Assembly (NCBI GenBank): GCA_965276925.1
Contig: OZ255711.1
Coordinates: forward strand, 3,724,652-3,788,651
DNA: 64,000 nucleotides
Source: Hanamia sp.
Lineage (GTDB): Bacteria; Bacteroidota; Bacteroidia; Chitinophagales; Chitinophagaceae
Direction: 5' to 3'
Shown here: positions 1-9,851 of the stretch, piece after piece
How positions within the stretch are numbered: position 1 is the first letter of the stretch
Layout of the letters: each line of letters begins with the position of its first letter
Translations under genes and position numbers: made by a program
Notes under the pieces: model-generated
The model's input: the letters and a program-made list of their open reading frames with translations, nothing else
The model's database searches: none
Told to the model about the DNA's origin: nothing

Positions 1-418
1 AGTTGGCTACCTTAGCCGCTTGTACGGTAGAATATACTTTATCATTACCACCGAAATACATGCCGTATCCGGGATGGCTTAACGTAAGATCGTATAGCGT
101 TTGCAGCATTTCAGGATAAACGGGATCATCATCAGTTATCATTACCACATACTCTGAGGTAGCTTTATACAGGCTTTTATTGAAGCTTTTTACCATCCCA
201 AGATTCTCACCATTACACTCATACAATATTCTGCTGTCATTAATCTTTTTAACTACAACTTCGCCGCTTGCCTCAGTATCATTATCCGAAATAATTATTT
301 GAAAATTGGTAAAAGTCTGGTTCAATATAGCATTGAGCTGCTTTCTTAAAAACTCTGGCCGCTTGTATGTGCTCATACAAAATGTAACCCACGGTTCCTG
401 AATTTGAAGCAAGTTCAT
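1..418 (-). CDS. Glycosyltransferase family 2 (runs off the left edge)
   Basis: Not in the ORF track. Hand translation from ATG at 418 (TAATG overlap with the upstream stop) gives MNLLQIQEPWVTFCMSTYKRPEFLRKQLNAILNQTFTNFQIIISDND...NLGMVKSFN...YVVMITDDDP, a GT2 N-terminal fold with a DxD motif. Confidence 0.9.
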   Translation of the reverse strand, partial: MNLLQIQEPWVTFCMSTYKRPEFLRKQLNAILNQTFTNFQIIISDNDTEASGEVVVKKINDSRILYECNGENLGMVKSFNKSLYKATSEYVVMITDDDPVYPEMLQTLYDLTLSHPGYGMYFGGNDKVYSTVQAAKVAN

Positions 419-1152
419 TAGTTAATTCTTTTCAAATAGCCATCCGGGCATACGCTTATTAAAAGCTTGTTGTCAATAGATGTATCTATTTCAAAGTCAT
501 GATTATTTTTTAAAAATTCATGAACAGCTGTTTTGGGATTGTTGCCAACATTCCAGTTACGGTTAGGCAAATAATTTTCCGGAAGATCTTCTACAATGGT
601 ATCAAATACAACAATGTAAGAGCCTTGCGTAACAAATGGAGCATAAAAATTTAACTCATCAAGCACATGCTGGTGTGTATGATTTGAATCAAGGCAAACC
701 AAAACAGATTCTTTGTCCCTCGCATAAGATTTCACTTTCTCCACAGTATTTTTTTCAACAGATGAGCCTTCTATCATGTGTATCCTTTTATACATCGGAT
801 GTTCTTCAATTGCTTTACGATTGTGTTTACGAATGTCAATGTCTACACCTAAAACTTCGCCTTTTCCAATTAGTTCTAATAAGGAAGCATAATAAATTAT
901 GGAACCTCCATGAGCAATTCCTGTTTCTATTATTAAATCAGGCTTTACCTGCCAGATAATTTCCTGCATGGCAATTATATCCTGTGGATATTGGATAATT
1001 GGCCTGCCCATCCACGTAAAATTGTAAGAGTATTTTGCTTTGTTTGACTCCACATTAAATTTATGCGCAGCTTTTTTAAGCGGTTCATTCTTTGAGTTGG
1101 AAAGTATCTGCTCAGTTTTCTCTTTTTCGAACTCTTTTACAGGATCATGCAT
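418..1152 (-). CDS. Cephalosporin hydroxylase (CmcI) family SAM-dependent methyltransferase-like protein
   Basis: WMGRPIIQYPQD, PDLIIETGIAHGGS, LDSNHT and GNNPKTAV motifs are typical of CmcI / rhamnosyl O-methyltransferase family proteins. It is coupled to the GT2 gene. Confidence 0.85.
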   Translation of the reverse strand: MHDPVKEFEKEKTEQILSNSKNEPLKKAAHKFNVESNKAKYSYNFTWMGRPIIQYPQDIIAMQEIIWQVKPDLIIETGIAHGGSIIYYASLLELIGKGEVLGVDIDIRKHNRKAIEEHPMYKRIHMIEGSSVEKNTVEKVKSYARDKESVLVCLDSNHTHQHVLDELNFYAPFVTQGSYIVVFDTIVEDLPENYLPNRNWNVGNNPKTAVHEFLKNNHDFEIDTSIDNKLLISVCPDGYLKRIN

Positions 1153-1167
1153 TGATTAATAAATTGG

Positions 1168-1941
1168 CTATTGAATGTTTGTATACTTAGAATCATTTCT
1201 TTGTATTAATAATTTAGTTATAAAAAAAGACAATGCTTTTTTCTTCTCTTCACTCATTTTAAAACTTATATACCTGGAGTAATAATCTCTTATATCAAAA
1301 ATCTCAGTTTCGTTTTCTTTAGCCACAACTTCTATCTTTTCCAACCCGTATTTATTTACGTCGTTAAAATTTCTTACAAAATCATCATCCAGTTTTTTAT
1401 TACTAATCCATGTTGCAAATACAAATGGCAACGCTGTAAATTTTTTCCATTGCAAACCAAGATCATAAATGTATGTAGAAATTTTTCTTTGCTGCAAAGC
1501 CCTGTCACCAATGATAAGAGCAGCAGTAGTGCCTGATATATTTGATTGATAATTACCTTCTGCCTGTTCAAGTTCAACAGTTAGTTTCCAGTATTCATTA
1601 ATAATGATTTTTAGCAACTCAACAGATGTTCTGCTTTGATAATCCAGTAAAATTTTTCTTATTTTATGTAAAGGCGCTTCGCTGAAAAGACACACGCTTG
1701 CCACCTCGCCATCGCAGCTTATGCAATAATCGGAAATAATAAAATGCTCTTCCATTTGCGGAATGATTGCAACCGGCACAAGACCTACATCAATTTCATT
1801 TTGTAAAAGCATTGAAGCAATTCTTGAAGGAAAATCTATTTTCAAGTCAACATTTTCTTTCATCATTCCATGCTCAAATCCATATATCAGTGGCTTTGTA
1901 TTCAGATAACTTACTGCACCAACCCTTATCTTTGTATCCAA
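1168..1941 (-). CDS. mqnA: Chorismate dehydratase (futalosine menaquinone pathway)
   Basis: VGAVSYLNTKPL start, SRTSVELL, LIIGDRAL, YDLG..W and LPFVFATW motifs. Confidence 0.85.
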   Translation of the reverse strand: MDTKIRVGAVSYLNTKPLIYGFEHGMMKENVDLKIDFPSRIASMLLQNEIDVGLVPVAIIPQMEEHFIISDYCISCDGEVASVCLFSEAPLHKIRKILLDYQSRTSVELLKIIINEYWKLTVELEQAEGNYQSNISGTTAALIIGDRALQQRKISTYIYDLGLQWKKFTALPFVFATWISNKKLDDDFVRNFNDVNKYGLEKIEVVAKENETEIFDIRDYYSRYISFKMSEEKKKALSFFITKLLIQRNDSKYTNIQ

Positions 1942-2025
1942 ACCTGTATATTTATTTTTTGCGCAAAATTAATATAATGCAGATGATTCACCACCTTGTT
2001 TTTTCTTCTATATTTAATCAATAAA

Positions 2026-3378
2026 ATGGAACTTCAACCACTTACTGCTATTTCTCCCATTGATGGCCGTTATCGAAATCAACTTACTCGTCTTGATTTG
2101 TATTTTTCAGAATATGCCTTAATAAAATACAGGATAAAAGTTGAAATTGAATATTTTATTTTCTTATCGGAAAAAAAATTTTTTAAGTTAAATACTATCT
2201 CAAAAAAACAATTGATTGCCATCTACGAAAACTTTAGTATTGATGATGCAAAAAAAATAAAAGATACCGAAAGCATTACCAATCATGATGTGAAAGCAGT
2301 TGAATATTTTTTAAAAGAAAAATTAAAAGAGCTTGGCGCTGATGATCTGCAGGAATGGATACATTTTGGCTTAACCTCTCAGGATATAAATAATACCGCC
2401 ATTCCGCTGATGTGGAAGGATGGCGTACAGCAACAATATTTGCCAGCAATAAATGGATTGAAAGATAACCTTGAAAAGCTTGCTGCAGCATGGAAAAATA
2501 TTCCCATACTTGCCAGAACCCACGGCCAGCCTGCATCGCCAACAAAGCTTGGCAAAGAGATCATGGTTTTCGCTGAAAGAATTACTAACCAGCTTGAACA
2601 GTTTAATCACATTCCTTTTACAGGAAAGTTTGGGGGAGCAACGGGAAATTTTAATGCACATTATGTGGCTTATCCAAAGACTGATTGGATCGGTTTTGCC
2701 AATGATTTTCTTGAAAAGAAATTACATATCAGGCGACAGCAACACACCACGCAGATAGAACATTATGATATGCTTGCTGCACATTTTGATGCAATAAAAA
2801 GAATTAATACCATTCTTATTGATCTGTGTCGCGATGTGTGGACCTACATCAGCATGGATTATTTTAAACAGCAAATAAAAAAAGGCGAGACAGGCAGCAG
2901 CGCTATGCCACATAAAATAAATCCTATAGATTTCGAAAATGCAGAAGGCAACCTGGGTCTTGCAAATGCAATGCTGGAGCATCTTTCAGCAAAGCTGCCT
3001 GTTTCACGGCTGCAGCGAGATCTTACAGATTCAACCGTTATAAGAAATATCGGCGTACCATTTGCGCACACTTTCCTTTCTTTTTTTTCAATAAAAAAAG
3101 GTTTGGATAAATTGATATTAAATGAAAATAAAATTAAAGATGACCTTGAGGCTAACTGGGCTGTGGTAGCTGAGGCGATACAAACAATTTTGAGAAGGGA
3201 ACAATATCCAAAACCTTATGAGGCACTGAAAGAACTGACCAGATCAAATGCAACAATAACCAAAGATGCGATCCATAAGTTTATTGACAGATTGAAAATA
3301 TCACCGGAATTAAAAATTGAATTGAAAAAAATAAGCCCGCATAATTATACGGGGACAATATTTAATAATGCTGTTTAA
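2026..3378 (+). CDS. purB: Adenylosuccinate lyase
   Basis: LTAISPIDGRY, TNHDVKAVEY, RTHGQPASPT and the GSSAMPHKINPIDFENAEGN signature. The start is set at MELQP (ATG 2026). Confidence 0.97.
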   Translation: MELQPLTAISPIDGRYRNQLTRLDLYFSEYALIKYRIKVEIEYFIFLSEKKFFKLNTISKKQLIAIYENFSIDDAKKIKDTESITNHDVKAVEYFLKEKLKELGADDLQEWIHFGLTSQDINNTAIPLMWKDGVQQQYLPAINGLKDNLEKLAAAWKNIPILARTHGQPASPTKLGKEIMVFAERITNQLEQFNHIPFTGKFGGATGNFNAHYVAYPKTDWIGFANDFLEKKLHIRRQQHTTQIEHYDMLAAHFDAIKRINTILIDLCRDVWTYISMDYFKQQIKKGETGSSAMPHKINPIDFENAEGNLGLANAMLEHLSAKLPVSRLQRDLTDSTVIRNIGVPFAHTFLSFFSIKKGLDKLILNENKIKDDLEANWAVVAEAIQTILRREQYPKPYEALKELTRSNATITKDAIHKFIDRLKISPELKIELKKISPHNYTGTIFNNAV

Positions 3379-3613
3379 GTTTATAATTTACAATTATTTA
3401 TTCCTTTAAATTATTAAGGGCTTGAATCCCTCCAGAGGGTAAATCTCTATTATATATTCTTATTTCATCGATAACACCATTGAAATAATCCAGGTGACTA
3501 TCCAATTGTTCATAAATATAAAATCAGCAGTACAGAAAAATCAAAATTGTTTACACAGATAATTTATAGGTGATAAATAAATCTTATTGTCGTGCTATTT
3601 CCAAGGTTAGTGT

Positions 3614-4180
3614 TTACTTGGCCTGGTATCTAATAGCTTGACCATGATAATACTTAAGTGCATAGCTATCGTAATAATATTCATCTGTATATATACTACC
3701 ATCCATGTATCTAATGTTTTCCCATGTTATTAAATAAGTTGTCGACAACGGCGAAGAAGTTGTATGAATTAAAAATGTAAGTTTTGTTTTTTCTGGATTA
3801 ACAAATTGCCAATCTACAAGACCATGCAAAGAGTTATTTGCATCCAACAAAGACCCGGTACCATCTGGGTTAAAAGTGTAAGTCTCTATTGAACGGTCTC
3901 CAAAACCGGTAGTGTTATTAGTCCCTCCCTGAAAATAATAGATAGAATCCCCACCATATACAGCACGCAATTCAGTTGTTTTCCATGGAAACGCCGTTAG
4001 TAACTCTTCAGTAAAAGCAGAATCTTTAATTAACACAGTATCCTTAACAGTTAGTGTGTCATTTTTAGTGACTGATACAGTATCAATAATTGTTTTATCT
4101 TTTGTGCAAGAAGTTAACGATGTTGTAATTGACAAAGAAAAAACCAAAATGATTCCTGATAAACTCAATATAGATTTCAT
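3614..4180 (-). CDS. Hypothetical lipoprotein (cargo between purB and its relic copy)
   Basis: MK + hydrophobic stretch + LTSC lipobox, DT-rich linker, beta-rich lipocalin-like remainder. ATG at 4180 is preferred over TTG at 4186. Confidence 0.7.
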   Translation of the reverse strand: MKSILSLSGIILVFSLSITTSLTSCTKDKTIIDTVSVTKNDTLTVKDTVLIKDSAFTEELLTAFPWKTTELRAVYGGDSIYYFQGGTNNTTGFGDRSIETYTFNPDGTGSLLDANNSLHGLVDWQFVNPEKTKLTFLIHTTSSPLSTTYLITWENIRYMDGSIYTDEYYYDSYALKYYHGQAIRYQAK

Positions 4181-4300
4181 AAGCAATTTTTATAAAAATA
4201 GTTTATTAGTTTAAAATTCCTAATTATTTGAAAAAAAATATAAAAGTTTTGAAAAAAATATATGTATGTATTTATAGAGATTTTGAAAAGGGATTATTAT

Positions 4301-4565
4301 TGCTGGAGCATCTTTCGGTGAAACTTTCAAAAAAATTAATGAAGACCTTGATAACAATTGAGTTGTAGTAGCTGAGGCAATTCAAACGATTTTAAGAAGA
4401 GAAAATAATCCTAATCCATATGAAGCATTGAAAGAGCTTACAAGATCTAATTCTGTCATTACAAAAGAAACCATCGTTACTTTTATAGATACTTTAAAAA
4501 TTTCTGATCTTTTAAAAAAGGAAATAAAAAAAATAACCCCGTATAATTATGCAGGTATTTCCTAA
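4301..4565 (+). pseudogene. Degenerate duplicate of the purB 3' end
   Basis: 4301-4316 is identical to purB 2972-2987. After a net 127-nt deletion, 4332-4565 reads KINEDLDNN*VVVAEAIQTILRRENNPNPYEALKELTRSN...ITPYNYAGIS*, 52/75 aa identical to the PurB C-terminus by hand count, with TGG changed to TGA at 4359. Confidence 0.92.
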
Positions 4566-4613
4566 AAATTCTTATATTCATTTTTTATTAGCCAAAACTT
4601 ATAACTGCTTTTT

Positions 4614-5903
4614 ATGAAAAAATTTTACCTGTTTCCTTTATTTATTTTACTTGTTTTGTCTTCTTTTTCGCAAATTAAACTTGATAGTGGTCTGGTTGCA
4701 TACTATCCTTTTAATGGCAATGCTAATGACGAAAGTGGCAATGGCAATAATCCAATTTTTAATAATGCTACTTTAACCAACGATGAACAAGGTAATCCTA
4801 ACAATGCTTATCATTTTAATGGGATTAATAATTATATAGAAATTCCAAATTCAACAAGTATTAATCCTGTAAATCAAATCTCGTTATGTGCCCTTATAAG
4901 ACCAACTGGATTTTATAAAGGCCCGTGCCATGGAAATTCAATAATTATGAAAGGAGATGCAGATTATTTACAGGGAAATTATGCATTACGATTCGATGAT
5001 AATGCTTATACATACGGACAAAATTGTTCCACGAATATTGTTGATACTATTCATCAAAATTTTTATAGTATGAGTGCCCAAACTCCTTCACCAGGTTACA
5101 TGCCTTATATTAATAAAGATCAGTGGTATTGTATCGTTTATACCTATAACGGCTCCCTCGGAAAGTTTTATTTGGACGGAAATCTTATAGATAGTGAGTA
5201 CTCATCTATTACGGGTTTTTCTAATAACTATAATTTATTTTTTGGGAGATTGAATAACTCAACTTTTCCTTATTGGTTAAATGCAGATTTAGATGAGGTA
5301 AGAATCTATAATCGTGCAATCAATAGCCAAGAAGTAACAGCACTTTGTCCTTCTGCTTCACCTTTACCTGTCACGTTAACTAGTTTTGAAACGAATATCT
5401 CTAACAAACAGATAAAATTAAGCTGGCATGTTGAAAATGAGAGTGGTATTGTAAATTATACAATAGAAAGGTCAACATCCACAAGGTCTGATTTTAAAGA
5501 AATCGGGATGGTCAATGCTGATAAAGCATCATCATACACATATATTGATAAAACAGTCTCAATAAATCAGACCTATTACTATAGACTTAAAATTTTAGAG
5601 AATACAAATGCAATCAGTTATTCAGAAATTAACACCGCTTACTTATCTGATAATAATAAAATTGTATTGGTATATCCAAATCCTTCAAAGGGTAATCTGT
5701 CAATTCAAATAAAAGGTTATAGCGGTATAGCGAAGTTGTCTCTTATAAATAGTACAGGTCAAACTGTTTTCTTAAAAGACGAAATTATTTCAAATAATAA
5801 TTTGTTACCAGTTACGTTTCATAATCTTAGTGGTGTATATTGGTTAAAAATTACAACTGGTAGCAACACCTACACACAAAAAGTAATATTTTTAATGAGA
5901 TAA
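4614..5903 (+). CDS. LamG-like jellyroll protein with T9SS type A C-terminal sorting domain
   Basis: Signal peptide, GLVAYYPFNGNAND...LDEVRIYNRA LamG domain, PLPVTLTSF Ig-like module, and a VYPNP...GVYWLKI...YTQKV tail. Confidence 0.88.
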   Translation: MKKFYLFPLFILLVLSSFSQIKLDSGLVAYYPFNGNANDESGNGNNPIFNNATLTNDEQGNPNNAYHFNGINNYIEIPNSTSINPVNQISLCALIRPTGFYKGPCHGNSIIMKGDADYLQGNYALRFDDNAYTYGQNCSTNIVDTIHQNFYSMSAQTPSPGYMPYINKDQWYCIVYTYNGSLGKFYLDGNLIDSEYSSITGFSNNYNLFFGRLNNSTFPYWLNADLDEVRIYNRAINSQEVTALCPSASPLPVTLTSFETNISNKQIKLSWHVENESGIVNYTIERSTSTRSDFKEIGMVNADKASSYTYIDKTVSINQTYYYRLKILENTNAISYSEINTAYLSDNNKIVLVYPNPSKGNLSIQIKGYSGIAKLSLINSTGQTVFLKDEIISNNNLLPVTFHNLSGVYWLKITTGSNTYTQKVIFLMR

Positions 5904-5912
5904 TAATATTCA

Positions 5913-8900
5913 TTGAAGTTCAGTTTATCGCTAACTATCTTACTTCTTTTTTTGCTTAATTCGTACATTGCAAAATCCCAGGTTAATTTAGCCAATGGCC
6001 TTGTTGCGTATTATCCTTTCAACGGGAATGCTAACGATGCCAGCGGCAATGGTAATAATCCAGTATTCAATAATGCAACGCTCACAACTGATAGAATGGG
6101 AAACGCTAATAGTGCTTACCATTTCAATGGTATAGATAATTATATAGAAATTCCCAATTCGCCAAGTATCAATCCTGCAAATCAAATCTCTCTTTGCGTA
6201 TATGTAAGGCCAACAGGTTTTTATTTAGGCCCATGCCACGGAAACTCAATAATAATGAAGGGAGATGCCGATTATTTACCGGGAAATTATGCATTAAGAT
6301 TTGACGATAACGCTTATACCTATGGGAATAATTGTGCAAACAGTATAGTTGATACAGTTCATCAAAATTTTTATGGAGTTACTGCCCAAGCACAGTCGCC
6401 AGGATATTTGCCATATATAAATAAGAATGAATGGTACTGCGTTGTATTTACTTATGACGGTTCATTAGGAAAGTTTTATGTTGATGGAAACCTTACAGAT
6501 AGTGAATATACCTCTGGTCTAACATTTTCTAATGGTTACGATTTATTCTTTGGCAAGCTTAACAATTCGACTTTTCCTTACTGGCTCAATGGCGACTTAG
6601 ATGAAATTAGAGTTTATAACAGAGCCATAAACGATCAGGAAGTTAAGGCTTTGTGTACAACAACATCCGATACTACTGTCATTAACGATTACACTCCTGT
6701 TATTAATTTTAATATTTGCAAAAATCAATTAACCGTTGCAGATGCAACTAAATATAATATCGGTGACACAGTATTATTAATTCAAATGAAAGGTGCAGTA
6801 ATTGATTCAAGTAATACTGCTTCTTTTGGAACAATAACTAATTATAAAAATGCCGGTAATTATGAGTTTAATTACGTAAAACAAAAGATTGGAAATGTTA
6901 TTGACCTTAAGAATACTGTGACACGTCAATATGATATTGCTAATGGAAAAGTTCAGCTAATTAGAGTTCCTTATTTTACAGATTATAACGTTACTAATAC
7001 GCTTTCTTGCTTACCATGGGATGGAAATATAGGGGGCGTTCTGGCATTCAACGTAAAAAATACATTAACCTTAAATGCAGATATAAATGTTACTGGTAAA
7101 GGATTTATAGGAGGCAGAAGCCCAAATACAAATCTAAATGTAGCTAATTGTTATACTGACGGATATTATTTTCCGGTAGGATCAGTATTAGCTGCGGCTA
7201 AAGGTGAATCCATATATGATTTGGGCGATGATAAAAAATTAGGAAAGGCACCAAATGCAACGGGTGGTGGTGGTGGATTGGATCACAACTCTGGTGGTGG
7301 TGGCGGTGGTAATGGAGGCCTTGGTGGGCAGGGCGGTTATCAGGTTTCAGCGTGCGGCGTAGATTTCGATAACGGAGGAAGAGGTGGTAACATTGCTGCT
7401 TATAATAATATTTCAAATAAAATATTTTTAGGAGCTGGCGGTGGATCAGGACATGCAAATGGCCCCAACGGAATTGATATGAACGGAGGAAATGGCGGAG
7501 GAATTATCTTAATAAAAAGCAATACTATAAATTCAAACTCTTACAATATAATCTCAAAAGGAAGTAATGGCCAATACTGTGATTCTACACTATATGTTTG
7601 CAATGATGGCAATGGTGGCGGCGGTTCAGGTGGAACTATTTTAATTGATAATAATATATACTCAAGTAGTGCAAACATAAATATAAGCGGAGGAAAGGGT
7701 GCTGATCTTACAAGTTATCCGTTTGTTACTAATAAAGTTGGTCCTGGAGGAGGAGGAGGAGGCGGTATTATATGGATTAATAATGCATATACACCATCTA
7801 ATTTAGTATTTGTAATAAATGGTGGATTAAATGGAGTTATTCCTTCAGACAATAACAATCCCTACGGCGCCACTCCGGGCCAGCCTGGTCAAACTCTTTT
7901 CAATCTAAAAATTCCATTTGATACAATTCCCTTCAAGTCAAACATAGATTCAGTAAGATTTAAAGATAGTGCTGTAACCTGCAGTAGTTTTGATTTTAAA
8001 GGATTAGGATTTACAAATACGAACGCTATAACTTCGTGGCAATGGAACTTTGGAGATACATCAACTGCCAGCACACAAAACATAAACCATACTTATACAT
8101 CATCAGGATCATACATTGTAAAACTTATAGCTACAGACATAAACGGATGTAAAGACAGCGTTTCAAGACCTCTTACTACTTCATCTTTCAATGTAGCTGT
8201 GAGTAATGATACTGTGACCTGTTTTGGCAACTCAGTTCAGTTAACTGCATCAGGAGGAAACATTTATGCGTGGACACCCGCATCTACTTTAAATAATTCT
8301 TCTACTGGTAATCCTGTTGCTACACCATCATCCACAACTACCTATCATGTACTAATAACCAACTCACTCGGATGCAGTCAATCAGATTCAATAAAAGTCA
8401 CTGTAAATAGTTTACCTGTTATTACTAAATCAAATGATACAAGTGTTTGTAACAATGCATCTGTTCAGTTATCTGCTGGCGGAGGCACCGCTTATTCCTA
8501 GATGCCTGCTTCGTCCTTAAATGATCCAACTATTGCAAACCCGGTTGCCACACCTCCATCTACAACTTTTTATTATGTCACAGTTACTAACAGTAATGGC
8601 TGCGCAAAAAAAGATTCCATAAAAATTAATACAAGCGTACCCGCTGTTATTACAAAGTCTCGTGATGCAGCAATCTGTAAAGGCACATCAGTGCAAATAT
8701 TTGCAAGCGGAGGCGCAAGTTATTCCTGGTCACCAGCTTCCTCATTAAGTAATAGTTCTACTTCAAATCCTGTTGCATCTCCCTCTTCTTCTACTACATA
8801 TTATGTTGCAGTGGATAACGGTTTCGGTTGTACAAAAAAAGATTCAGTAAACGTTTCTATATACCCTGTGCCTGATATAACTATCTCAAATGATACAAGT

Positions 8901-9839
8901 ATTTGCAACAGTAGTTCTGTAAAGCTTTTTGTAGCCGGAGGACGAAGCTACATCTGGTCGCCTTCTTCATCTTTGGATAATCCCGCAAGCCCTACTCCTG
9001 TTGCTTCTCCACTGATAAATACTTTGTATAAAGTAACAGTAACAGATGCTAATTCATGTTCTTTTCAGGATTCTGTAAATATTTCTATAAAGCCTCCAGC
9101 GGTTTTTACAGTTTCTCCTGATGCATCTGTCTGCACACTAACCCCAAAGCAATTGATAGCTGCCGGGGGCGACACTTATCTTTGGTCTCCTTCTGATGGA
9201 CTGAATCAAATCAATATTCCAAATCCCATTGCAACGCCGGATGCTACAACAGTTTATTCTGTTACTATTGTTGAAAGCGTTTGTAACCAAACAGCAACGT
9301 TATCAACTACCCTTACTGCTTTGTCTCTTCCTTCTGTACATGCAACCAGTTCCAATGATCTTACCTGTTCTTTAGGCTCAAGCCAGCTGAATGCATCTGG
9401 TGCTGAAAGTTATACATGGTCTCCATCATCAGGCCTTAATAACAATAATGTTCCAAATCCTGTTGCAACACCTGCCACCACTACCTTATACCATGTATCA
9501 GGAAAAGATAATAATGGATGCACCGATTCAGATACTGTAACCGTTAAAACAGATTACAACATGAACGCTTTGTATCTTTTACCTAATTCTTTTACACCTA
9601 ATGGCGATGGCCTTAATGATTGCTTTGGAGTAAAATACTGGGGAATAGTAAGCGATCTTGAGTTTAGTATTTATAACAGGTTTGGACAAAAAGTTTTCTA
9701 TACAAATAATGCTGCTAAATGCTGGGATGGCACTTACAGGCAACAGCCTCAGGATGCAGATGTTTACGTTTACATCATAACAGCAAAGACTGCCTGCGGG
9801 CTTGTAAACAGAAAAGGAAGCGTTACTTTAATAAGATGA
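5913..9839 (+). pseudogene. Large T9SS surface protein (LamG + Gly-rich + PKD + Ig-like repeats + type B gliding-motility CTD) interrupted by one in-frame TAG
   Basis: ORFs 5913-8501 and 8502-9839 are contiguous and in the same frame. The junction YS*MPASSL matches the repeat consensus Y.W.P.S.L (YAWTPASTL, YSWSPASSL, YTWSPSSGL). It ends LPNSFTPNGDGLND...IYNRFGQKVF...WDG...KGSVTLIR. It could be a pseudogene, a readthrough gene or a sequence error. Confidence 0.75.
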
Positions 9840-9851
9840 TCGTTATAAAAT

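Noticed and set aside
1168-1941. Futalosine-pathway mqnA (and the eukaryotic-type citrate synthase at 34665-35990) as unusual acquisitions
   Set aside because: Both are already known from Bacteroidota lineages, and nothing in the flanks suggests recent transfer.
3130-4565. Diversity-generating retroelement (purB 3' end as variable repeat, downstream copy as template)
   Set aside because: Mismatches are not confined to template adenines (many T, G and C positions differ), they are mostly synonymous, and no reverse transcriptase is in the window.
8499-8501. Alternative genetic code (TAG or TGA recoding) explaining the in-frame stops at 8499 and 4359
   Set aside because: TAG ends prfC and mnmE and TGA ends ccmB and others at their expected positions. 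Long housekeeping genes have no internal stops.
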